64,000 nucleotides of DNA, taken from positions 124,001-188,000 of the forward strand of contig JAPMXV010000042.1 in NCBI GenBank assembly GCA_026936335.1, read 5' to 3'. Under the pieces are notes generated by a model. It was not told where the DNA came from and did no database searches. It saw only the letters and a program-made list of their open reading frames with translations. Positions 47,472 to 57,220 of the stretch are shown here, piece after piece (the first letter of the stretch is position 1; the number at the start of each line of letters is the position of its first letter). Both the position numbers and the translations under genes were made by a program. The DNA comes from Mantamonas sphyraenae STR306 (taxonomy: Eukaryota > Protista > CRuMs).

Positions 47472-48271
47472 GTGAGGGAAGTGACCGCAGCAGTGGACGT
47501 GAGTCTGCGTACAGCGGAAGCATCGAGGCGATGATGTCTGCACCGGGCCCTCTGTACGACCACGACTGGACAGCGACGCCTGGAGGCGTGGGACCGGTGA
47601 GTCCTGAACGGACAGCAGGCGGAGGAGGCATGCTGTCACCGGAACCGAAGCTGCAAAACGTGAGCATGAACGACTCGACAGGGTCATTGGAGGCCGATCT
47701 GGTGCACGCCCTCAACAGCGCTCGCCCAGGATCGGCCAGCCGCCTGACACCAGAGACGGCTCGCATTTCCTCGCGTTCACATCGACGCCAAGAGTCGATG
47801 GGATCGGCGCCAGGATCACCGTACTCGGTGAGGTCCATGGCGGGAGGGCAGGCGTTGGCTGTGGCGCAGCCGCAGTTTGATTTCACGTCCGGGGTGGTTG
47901 CAGCACGCACGTTGGCTCGGGACAGGGCCAAACTGCTCCATGTGCCCCAACTCTTCTTTGTGGAATTTGAAGAGGGGCTGGCAGCAAACCAGTGGCGGCC
48001 GGTGGTGGTGAAACACCTCATCCTGTTCTCGGACTATGTCTACCAGGTGGACGACGTGTATGGCACCGAGGAGTACGACACAGACGCAGACACAGACGCA
48101 GACGCCACAAGCACGTGTGTCGTGTGTCTCGAGTCCCAAGTCGACATCCTCCTCCTGCCCTGCCGTCACTTTTGCGTCTGCCACGAGTGCCACGACAGAC
48201 TCGACCCCAAGATTTGTCCTCTTTGCCGCGAGACTGCAAATGCCTTTATGGTGGCTGGGTGCAAGGATTGA
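44719..48271 (+). CDS. Membrane-anchored C3HC4 RING E3 ligase, CGRRF1/MGRN1-like, with large low-complexity insertions (several introns; third junction uncertain)
   Basis: N-terminal TM, YVNPV, MYWGVS, NRYPLVIVV, VVKHLIL, C-terminal CVVCLE..LLLPCRHFCVCHEC..CPLCR. Confidence 0.75.
47429..47470 (+). repeat. (AAC)n trinucleotide repeat encoding poly-Asn
   Basis: Direct read of sequence inside the RING ligase ORF. Confidence 0.9.
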
Positions 48272-48318
48272 TTGGGTGAAAATGTCCAAGTAAATTCAGT
48301 CTTGTTCAAAGAGTCCTG

Positions 48319-49619
48319 TCAAAGCACGTCGTACGCAGGCGGCGGCAACTGCTGCTCTTCCCAAAGCTCCTGCTCATCCTCCTCCTCCTCCTGTCCATCA
48401 TCACCCCCCTCTTCATACCCATACCCATCCTGTCCCTCGTCGTCGTCGTACTCGTATTCGTCGTCTGCGCTCTGGAACAACGCCTGGAAGGTGTTTTGAC
48501 TCTTGACCTTCTCCTGCACACTGACACGAATGTGATCCAAGCGTGTCAGGTCTGGAAGCTCAAACAGAGCTCGCAGACGGAATTCCGGGGGTGATTCATC
48601 GTCCAGGTTGACCACGGCAATGGCGGGGGCCATGCTGGTGGCACGTGACGAACCCGAGTCTGTGTTCTGGCCATGGGTCACCAGATCCGCCTGTGGGTCC
48701 ATGCTCTCCACTGGGTTGTGCAACAACACCAGTTGGTGGAGCAGAGTGGAGCGTTTGAGAAAGGGAAACACGTCGCTGTGTTGGGCCAACTGGTTGTACG
48801 AGGCCTCCAGGGTCACCAGCTGACCCATTCCCTCCAGGCCCTCCAACGTCTCCAACTGGTTGTGAGACACATCCAGGTGCTTCATCAGCACCAATGATCG
48901 CAACACGGCTGCGTTGAACCCATTGCTTTCAATGGCGTTGTGGCTCAGGTTCAGCTGCGTCAACGGAAGATCCTGCAGCCCTTCCAACGACACAAGCTTG
49001 TTGTGCGACAGATCCAACACACTCAGCAATTCCAGCTGGTGCAACGAGTCTACGCGCTCCAATCGGTTGTCTGTGTGTGTGTGTGTGTGTGTGTGTCGCA
49101 CGTGAGTGTTCCGGCGTAGAAGACACGGGTTGGGGGTGGGGGAATCCAGGCGGTAGCCGTTGTGTGTGCTTGGGTTTTTCCACCTCCGGGCAAGGGAGCA
49201 CCTGCCAAGCAGTGGGTGTGGGATGGGCAAGCTGCCAACAACGTACATGAAAGGTCAATGATGGTGAGGTTGCGGTGTGCCGACAGGTCGTGTGTGATGT
49301 GTTCGATGTGGTTGTGTGCATAGTTGCACTGCTGCAGCGTCAAGGGAGCCGGCTCCCATTCCAGGAACTGCGACAGGTGGTTGTCGCTCACGTCCAACTG
49401 TACAAGGTAGGAGAGGCCACGGAGGGAGGATTCCAGGCTGCTGAGTTGGTTGTTGCTCAGCTGTACGTTCTGCAGGTGCGGATACTTGGCCAGCAGCTCC
49501 GCCTCCTGCAGACCCATGCCACGCAGGTCCACACTCAGGTATGCCAGCTGGAACCCATCCGCACTCTTGCCCAGGCCACTCAGGCCCTGTGCCATGTGCT
49601 GGGCGTTCAAGGTGGACAT
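48319..49619 (-). CDS. LRGUK/LRRC23-type axonemal LRR protein without guanylate kinase domain; intron 49246-49071
   Basis: GLSGLGKSADGFQLAYL..L, YPHLQNVQLSNN, SDS22-type LRRs, cap FRLRALFELPDLTRLDHIRVSVQEKVKSQN, acidic tail. Confidence 0.72.
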
Positions 49620-49666
49620 TGGTGGTGGTTGGATTCGTTTGGACGCGACAGCGGGGGGGTGGAGAG

Positions 49667-51761
49667 TTATTGTGCATTCATCAACGTCTCAAACAGGTTC
49701 ACCCAATAGTCACGCACAGCGGTGGTCTGGGACAACACCTCCAGGTCCAGGGTGCGTTCGGTACCGACCACAGAGAAACACCAGTCGTCCTTCTTGGCCG
49801 GATCCTTCTTCTTCTTGTTGCTCTTGAAGATGTCCGTTTCACGTCCGGCCAACACCGCCTGCATGCTCGACACCGCGATGGCGTTCTTTGTGTTCACCTT
49901 GTTGTCCTTCTCCTTGTCTGTCTTGGCCCAGCACACGTACTCCTGGTCCTCTGACAGCCACACAAACCGCTTGTGCGGCGACCCCTTGCGTCCAAACTTG
50001 GTAAAGAACGCACCCCGCAGCAGCGGTGTCAGGTCTCCCAGCACTTGGTTCTTCCCAGACGACGATGACGACGACGATGACGATGCGGATGCACCACTCT
50101 CATCCTCAGGCGGCGGAGGAGGCGCATCGTCCTCCTCGTCATCCGAAGGCGGTTCCGGCACATCGTCCTCATCGTCGTCATGCTTCCCATCCTGCGACTT
50201 GGATGCCACCACAGACGCCGCACGGTAGCGTTGGAACATGTCTGCCGTCATCTGTCCACTCAGCTGCTTGTCAATTTCGCTCTGGTACTCGCCGTTGTCC
50301 AGATCATCGTCGTCATCCGAATCATCATCATCATCGTCCATGGGAGGAGGAGGCGGACCAGCGCCTTCCTCCTCTTCATCCTCGTCCGAATCGCTGTCCG
50401 ACGGTGGCGGAGGAGGCATCGACTCGGCACGCTCCCGTCCCTGGTCACCCACACTCAGGTTCTTGTTGACTGCCTTGGCACCCGCGTCCGAGGTGCCATT
50501 GGAAGCAGAGTTGCTGGTGGTGGAGGTGGTGGTGGAGGAAGAAGAGGAAGAAGAGGAGGAAGCAGAAGAGGAGGCGCCTGCGGACACGGTGCCTCCAATG
50601 GTCTGGGTGCGTCCCTGGACATCAGCCTTGGGATCCTTGAGGATGCTCTCCAGATCCTGAATAACATCTGTGGTCGTTTCGCTGGCCTTGAGGAAGCGGG
50701 CCACCTTTTGCAGGTGAGCGGTGCTGGTGGTGGCCAGCGAGAATTCCGTGTTGCGGCAGTACACGTGCAGGTTGAGCAAGGTGGCGGCCGTGCGCACATC
50801 CTCCGGGTCGTCCCACTGTTCAATCAACATGTTGTCTGCGCCCCCCTTGGCCATCTCTGCACACCCGGAGCCAATCAGCGACAGGTGGAAGCAAATGGCT
50901 CGTCCGTACGTCTTGCTGTTGGAGCTCACCAGCCCTGGCATCACCTGCACCAGCTTCTCCACCGTCCCTGCCCGCACCACTGCCTCCTTGATCGTCTCGT
51001 TGGCCGTCCACGTCAGGTTTGCCACCGCCCCCAGCGCGTACTGTTGCAAATGCGCGTCCTCCGCCGAAAAGTCGCTCGTCAGCGCGGCAATGGCTTTGCC
51101 CGCCGCCGTCAACAGGGCCATCCGTGCGTCGTCGTACTTCAATGTCGACATCAGGTACTTGACTGCCTCGATGCGCATCGACACGTCCGTCTCCCCGTTG
51201 AGTGTCATGGAAAAGTACAGCTCGTTCAGTGCCTGTACGTGTGCCTTGAGTTCGTCTGAAGAAATGAACGTTAGCCCCCGTAGCCACGCCACGCATGCCA
51301 CCATCCGTTGGGGAAATTGCCCATCGATGCAACGTCATCCATTCATGCCCTTGTCTGTGTCAGTGTCCATCCCTCGGGTCTCCTTGGCGTCCAAAACGCG
51401 AGCCAACGCCAGCACGGCTCCCTCTTCAAAAAAACCCCCTTTTGGGCCCCGTCTGCGCCGGAAAAAGACACTCACAAATCTTTGCGTGGACGATTTTGTG
51501 GATGATGAAGCACAGGTCGCAGAAGCGCTCGTCCTTGATGGTCTTGGAGCTGCATCCCTTGCACACCAGGTGACCACAGTGGCGGCAGTGGTGCCTGCGT
51601 CGAGAGAGCGACCACTTGCGTGCACACAGTTCGCAGTAGTTGCTGGCAGAGTCGGGCACCCAGCTCGACTTTTCAATCAGCGACGAGTACTCAGGATCGT
51701 ACTCATTGGACCCAATGCCGAAAAAGTCCTGTCCGTCGGTGTCGTTGGCTGACACGGACAT
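49667..51761 (-). CDS. FYVE - ARM-like - PH domain protein; intron 51475-51256
   Basis: WVPD..CELC..RRRHHCRHCG..VCKGC..CDLC FYVE; ARM-like ALGAVANL..VVRAGTVEKLV; C-terminal PH (KFGRKGSPHKRFVWLS..CFSVVG.ERTLDL..RDYWV). Confidence 0.8.
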
Positions 51762-51945
51762 GGTTTGTGGGTTGTGGTGTGTTCCAACGCGCTGCTGGGT
51801 CCTCTCAAGTTCCAATTCATTTCGTTGCCCATCCCCTTGTGACAATTGCATATGTATGTGGTATGTGTGTGTGTGTGTGTGTGTGTGTGGTGTCGATGCG
51901 TGGCGAACCGTCTCTTGCCACTTCCCCGCGCTTCAGGACCGGCAT

Positions 51946-53221
51946 CTACGGCCTGTACACCTTGATGGGAAACTCCTCGGTGACAATGTAGCCGTTGGTA
52001 AAGGTGACGATGAGGTTGATGAGAAACTCGATGCGGAAGGAACGAGTGGCAATGGACGGGGCGATGAAGATCCTGGGCAGGATCATAAACAGAGGGATGG
52101 ACAAGCCTGTGCACACGTTGCCCACTGCCACTTGGATGGATTGAACCTCTGTGCTTTCCCTGGCCTGGGCCTCACCGTTGCCACACGTCTCACAACGCAC
52201 AAGCTGCAGTTCGATGGAACGGATCTCCGCCTCGCACTCCTCAATGACCACCTCGCCCGTCACAGGCTCGTTGATGGCACACAGAAGCGTGTCAAAGCTC
52301 CCTGTGATCTTAAAGTTGGGGATTTTGTCCTTGTTGCCCTCAGAGACGTTCTCAATGGTGCCCGGGGTGATCTCAAACGGCACCTCCTCGCTCTCCAGCT
52401 CCTCACCACTGGGGATCTCCACCAGGAACTCCACAGAGTCGTCCAGATCCCGCGAGAACATCGATCGTTTCATCTCGGCGTTGATTTGGTACACAGAGTT
52501 GACAAACACGCCGTGGTACGTTTCCAACAGCGGAACCTCCTCCGTTGCCTCCAGCGGGAATTCAAACGGGATCTGGGTCACTCCATCGGGAAGCTTGCCT
52601 GCCTGCAGCACCTCCAAGTCGTATCGGATCATCGTCACGGGCTTCAGTGAGTTGTAGAATGCCTCAAACAGACCTGCACACACGTAGGGGGGGGTCGGGT
52701 GTCAGCACCATCTCTGTGTCCAGGGTCACCCTGTGTGTGTGTGTGTGTTGCATGGCAGCCTTGTGTTGTCTGTGCGTCTCACACACATGTACATGTGTGC
52801 GGTGTGCATGTGGCTGTGCCCACTCGCCGAAGCGTTTGCATGCACGGGTAGGTGTGCCGCAAAAGGGGAAGCCCAGGGGAGAGGGCCTTTGGGTACACAC
52901 ACCCCTGCCACACGACGCCATGGGACCACACACACTGCCACAGGGGCATGCACAGGCACATGGATCGCAAACAAGGGACATGGGCTCAACGGGGGCTGGG
53001 GTCACAGAAGGGGTTGCAAAGGACAAAGGCAAAGCGGAGAGGTGGGGAGGGAACGCACCGACCGACTTGGCACTGAGATGAAGACCCACAGTGCCCTCCA
53101 GGGTCATGGTGATTCCCTGGTGGCTCATGGTGCCGTCGCTGGTGACCTTGATGACACCTTCGATGACATCACCCGGGTTGTACACTTTGTCTACCCTCTT
53201 GAGGATGATTTCCATCGACAT
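51946..53221 (-). CDS. VPS26C: Retriever subunit VPS26C/DSCR3; intron 53058-52674
   Basis: LKRVDKVY, LSAKSVGLFEAFYNS.KP, IPFEFPL, ETYHGVFVN, SIELQLVRCETCG, TEVQSIQ. Confidence 0.93.
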
Positions 53222-53279
53222 TTTCGGGGAAGGCGTTTCAGTTTCGCTGCCTGAGCCACCGCAACACCCACTCGTGAAA

Positions 53280-54698
53280 ATGGACTCGCTGAAGCGCATT
53301 GACACCATCCTGTCGCACGTGACGGCGGCACCTTGTGCCTCCTCGTCGTCGTCGTCGTCTTCCTCTTCCTCCTCGTCCTCCTCGGCCTCTGCAGCCAAGG
53401 CGGCCGCCAAGAAAGAGAAGGACGACTTCCTGGCGGTGTACGAGATCCTCCGTCAGGAGATTGTGGACGATCTGCCCAACTACGAGATGCCCGAGGATGC
53501 TGTGGCATGGGTGCATCGTGTAGGTTGCGTTCTGTGTGATCCATCCCTTGTGTCTGTGTGTGTCCGTTCATCCTTGGTGCCTCGGGTTTCTCACTCGTCA
53601 TGCGGTCCGTTCCCCTCCCCAACCACCCCTCTGCACCCACCCACACACACACAGATGCTGGACTACACTTGTCCCACTGGTAAACTCAACCGTGGTCTGT
53701 CTGTGGTCAGCACCTACGAGATCCTGTTGGGACGCAAGGCCACCTACGTGGAGCGATTCCAGGCCAATGTGCTGGGTTGGTGTGTCGAGTTTGTAAGTTG
53801 CAGCCTCGCATGCACACCACCACACCACCACACCACCACACACACACACACACACAACACATGCACACACACACATCACACACACATCACACACACATCA
53901 CTGACACACCACCGACACGCGTTGCCGCAGCTGCAAGCGTTCTTCCTGATTGCGGACGACATCATGGACGAGAGCATCACGCGTCGTGGAAAGGCGTGCT
54001 GGTACAAGGTGGACGGAGTGGATACGATTGCCATCAACGATTCGTTCATTGTGGAGTCTGTGATCTACAAGCTGCTGAAGCGCTACTTCCGCAACGAGAA
54101 GTGCTATGTGCACCTGTTGGAGCTGTTCCATGAGGTGACCTACCAGACGGAGTTGGGCCAGCTGTTGGACCTGACCAGCACCGACATGAAGCTGTTCAGC
54201 ATCGATCGCTACAAGCTCATTGTCAAGTACAAGACGGCCTTCTACTCCTTCTACCTGCCCGTGGCTCTGGCGTACCGCATGCTGGGCATCGAGAGTGAAG
54301 AGGCATACGCCGAGGCATTGGCCATCCTGCTGGAGATGGGCGAGTACTTCCAGGTCCAGGACGACTACCTGGACTGTTTCGGTGACCCCAAGGTCATTGG
54401 CAAGATTGGCACGGACATCGAAGACAACAAGTGTGGTTGGCTGTCCTGCCAGGCCATGATGCGTGTCAACGCTCGTCAGCGTCGTGTCATGGAGCAGAAC
54501 TACGCCCAGAAGGACCCGCGCAAGGTGGCCAAGATCAAGGAGCTGTACCGTGAGCTCAAGTTGGAGGACTTGTACCATGAGTACGAGGAGGAGAGCTACC
54601 GACGGGTCAACGCCATGATTGAAGCTGTCAAGCATGTGCCCGAGGCAAAGGAGGCCTTTACCGTCTTTCTCCACCGCATCTACAAGCGCAGCAAGTGA
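53280..54698 (+). CDS. FDPS: Farnesyl diphosphate synthase (introns 53520-53654, 53793-53930) with N-terminal PTS2-like signal
   Basis: GKLNRG, LQAFFLIADDIMD (FARM), RRG, GQLLD, YKTAFYSFYLP, FQVQDDYLD (SARM), GKIGTDIEDNKC, KRSK C-terminus. Confidence 0.96.
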   Translation: MDSLKRIDTILSHVTAAPCASSSSSSSSSSSSSSSASAAKAAAKKEKDDFLAVYEILRQEIVDDLPNYEMPEDAVAWVHRVGCVLCDPSLVSVCVRSSLVPRVSHSSCGPFPSPTTPLHPPTHTQMLDYTCPTGKLNRGLSVVSTYEILLGRKATYVERFQANVLGWCVEFVSCSLACTPPHHHTTTHTHTHNTCTHTHHTHITHTSLTHHRHALPQLQAFFLIADDIMDESITRRGKACWYKVDGVDTIAINDSFIVESVIYKLLKRYFRNEKCYVHLLELFHEVTYQTELGQLLDLTSTDMKLFSIDRYKLIVKYKTAFYSFYLPVALAYRMLGIESEEAYAEALAILLEMGEYFQVQDDYLDCFGDPKVIGKIGTDIEDNKCGWLSCQAMMRVNARQRRVMEQNYAQKDPRKVAKIKELYRELKLEDLYHEYEEESYRRVNAMIEAVKHVPEAKEAFTVFLHRIYKRSK

Positions 54699-54762
54699 GC
54701 AGCAGCACACCACCACACAACCCCACCATCCCACTCCCTACAACCAATCCCCACAACCACAA

Positions 54763-56514
54763 TCACACCACAGCCAATGCAGATGAGTGTACACCTTCTC
54801 CTCCCGTTGTGTCGTTGTTCGTGCCAACTTCCTCGTCAAACGCGGCCAGGGCACGACGTCGTCGGGATGCCTTCTCAGCAACGACCTGTGCATCGAGAAG
54901 CACACGGGCCACCCTCTTGCGCTGTTGGTTGATGACATACGTAAACTGGATGCAGAAACTGACGGCCAGGATCACACAGGCATACAGGAAGAAGGCCTTG
55001 ATGGTCACTGCACCTGGTTTCAGAGCCAACACGGTCGGAGAGAGACGCTCGATGCCAATGGAATCCTCATAGAGCAGAAATTGGGCAATGGAAGTGGCAA
55101 TGGGCACAATGGACGCTGAGGACAACATCAGGGTGGCCCAAATCACAAACGCCCTCATCCATCCGGCGAAAAAGTCGTCCATGCCATCCTTGAGGCCCAC
55201 CACACGAGGCATGGCACACGTGCACTCCAGCGGTTGGACCTCCTGTCGACGTCGATCGGCAACCATGCGTTCCAGCTGGGTGCGAAAGGCGCCCAGGTGA
55301 GCATTCATCGCCTCCGGTCCATTTCGTCGTGCAAAGTACGGATAGCGCCCGTAGTTGTGCTGGTATTCCAGTTCATACATGACACCGGAGAGCAGGTCGT
55401 GGTCACTGCGCACGCGGTCGTCACTGAGCACCCCCCACCGCACAAACATGGTGAATGAGATGATTGGGAAACAGGCAGCAAAGAAGGAGGCCATGGACAT
55501 GCCCACCAGGAATGCCAACACCCGTCCCGTTCTCCTCTTGATGCGTTTGTAGTCCTCGGGGAGACACCGCACCCAGCGCTCTCTCCAATCGTACGTGTAG
55601 ATGAACTCAACGATGTCGTAGGAGAATTCGAGGATGAGAAAGAGGATGAGACCGAGGAAGGCAAGGATGAAGCGGATGTAGTAGGGCCAGAGGAAGATGG
55701 TGAAGTACAGCTGGGAGGTGTCCAGGAAGAAGACAAAGGCCAGGGAGAAGAGGAGGAGAACGTCGAAGCTCATGGCGGTGACACTCAGCCACACTTTGCT
55801 GCGGTAGAACTTGTCGATTCCCAACACATATGTTTTGGAGATGATCTGGAGCAGGGAGATGGTGATGGATATGGTTGCCACGGTGTCGAATTCAGCCAAC
55901 TGCAGCTGAACGTAGAACTGCAACACACTCTGGGGAATGCTCTCAAACACGGTTTCCACAAACAGACCACTCTCTCGCTTGGCCCTGCGCACGAGGGCAT
56001 CGTACACCTCGCGGTTGTGCTTGCTGGTCGTTTTCACTTCCAGATCGTACCCTTCCAGCTGCTTGGCCCGCTCCGTGGCAGCCTCCTGGCCTGACTGCGT
56101 GTACATGGGCCATCCCTTGGCATACCGTTCGGGGATGTAGTTGATGACCCACACGTAGAAGGGGAGCACAGGTGACACCAGCGTCATCACCGCAAGGCGG
56201 AACTCGTAGGTGTCCTTGGTGATGCCCCCGTAGCTCCTTCGCATCCAATCCTCTTCCCAGTACTTGCGTGTGTACTTGCGATAGTCGTGTACAACGATGT
56301 AGCACACAATGAGCGAGCCCACAGGTGTCACCAGGAAGAACACCAGGGAGAGTGTGGCCCACTCCGTAAACCCTCGTTCAAAGTACACCAGCAGCACCAT
56401 CAGGTCTGTGGTGATGTCCAGCAGATACAGGAGAGGCGTGGAGATATCCACCAACACTCCCAGGAAGGAGAACAATCGCGTCTCCGCCGTCTCTGATGCG
56501 TTCTTGCCGCTCAT
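54763..56514 (-). CDS. XK-related (XKR/CED-8-like) multi-pass membrane protein
   Basis: LYLLDITTDL in TM1, WATLSLVF, FVETVFESIPQSVLQFY signature; many TM segments. Confidence 0.72.
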   Translation of the reverse strand: MSGKNASETAETRLFSFLGVLVDISTPLLYLLDITTDLMVLLVYFERGFTEWATLSLVFFLVTPVGSLIVCYIVVHDYRKYTRKYWEEDWMRRSYGGITKDTYEFRLAVMTLVSPVLPFYVWVINYIPERYAKGWPMYTQSGQEAATERAKQLEGYDLEVKTTSKHNREVYDALVRRAKRESGLFVETVFESIPQSVLQFYVQLQLAEFDTVATISITISLLQIISKTYVLGIDKFYRSKVWLSVTAMSFDVLLLFSLAFVFFLDTSQLYFTIFLWPYYIRFILAFLGLILFLILEFSYDIVEFIYTYDWRERWVRCLPEDYKRIKRRTGRVLAFLVGMSMASFFAACFPIISFTMFVRWGVLSDDRVRSDHDLLSGVMYELEYQHNYGRYPYFARRNGPEAMNAHLGAFRTQLERMVADRRRQEVQPLECTCAMPRVVGLKDGMDDFFAGWMRAFVIWATLMLSSASIVPIATSIAQFLLYEDSIGIERLSPTVLALKPGAVTIKAFFLYACVILAVSFCIQFTYVINQQRKRVARVLLDAQVVAEKASRRRRALAAFDEEVGTNNDTTGGEGVHSSALAVV

Positions 56515-56567
56515 TTCCCTTGCGCTCGCGCGCGCACCCGTTCATCATCACTCCTGACTCGTCCGGC

Positions 56568-57132
56568 ATGTCTAGGCTCCGAAACGACAGCGACGAGTTC
56601 TACTGCCGCTTTTAGTGAGTTGTGTGTAGGGGGGGGTTGAGGGGTGGGGACGGCATGGCTGGCTGGCCGGAGGGCGAAGAGGGTGATGCTGACACACGGC
56701 ACGCTGCCCCCGTGTCCGCCCCCCCACAGCTCGGGAAAGCGAAAGGGCGGCGAATTCATGGAGGTGGAGGTTTGGGACAGTGGCAGGATCCGCTATGCCA
56801 ACAATTCATTCGTGGGGGGCAAGGACATGATCCGCAAGGAGCTGAACGTGTCGTCGTTGGTGCTCGACACGCTCAAGGAGCTCGTGCGCACCTCCAAAGT
56901 GATGGAATGTGACGACAGCTCATGGCCCTCGCCCAGCGACACCATCCAAGAGCTGGAGGTTGTCTTGGATGGCGCCCACGTCTGCTTCCTCACCGAGAAG
57001 CTGCGCTCCGTCCTGGACATCTCTCGCAGCAACGACGCAGATGGTCTGGCCACCTTTTTCTACGCCTCACAGGACATTCTCACCTTTGTACTGGACCTCA
57101 TCACCGTACACTTCAAGGTCAAGCCAGTGTGA
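56568..57132 (+). CDS. MAGOH: Mago nashi-family protein, divergent; intron 56615-56729
   Basis: EFYCRFY, EFMEVE, RYANNS, MIRKE, DDSSWP.P, QELEVV, SQDI, HFKVKPV. Confidence 0.85.
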
Positions 57133-57220
57133 TGTGAGGTTGGGTGGGCGTGGTGATGTATGTAGAAATTTTGATTCATGAGCGAATTTATGTGGTTTTG
57201 TGGTTTGTGTGATTTGTGTT

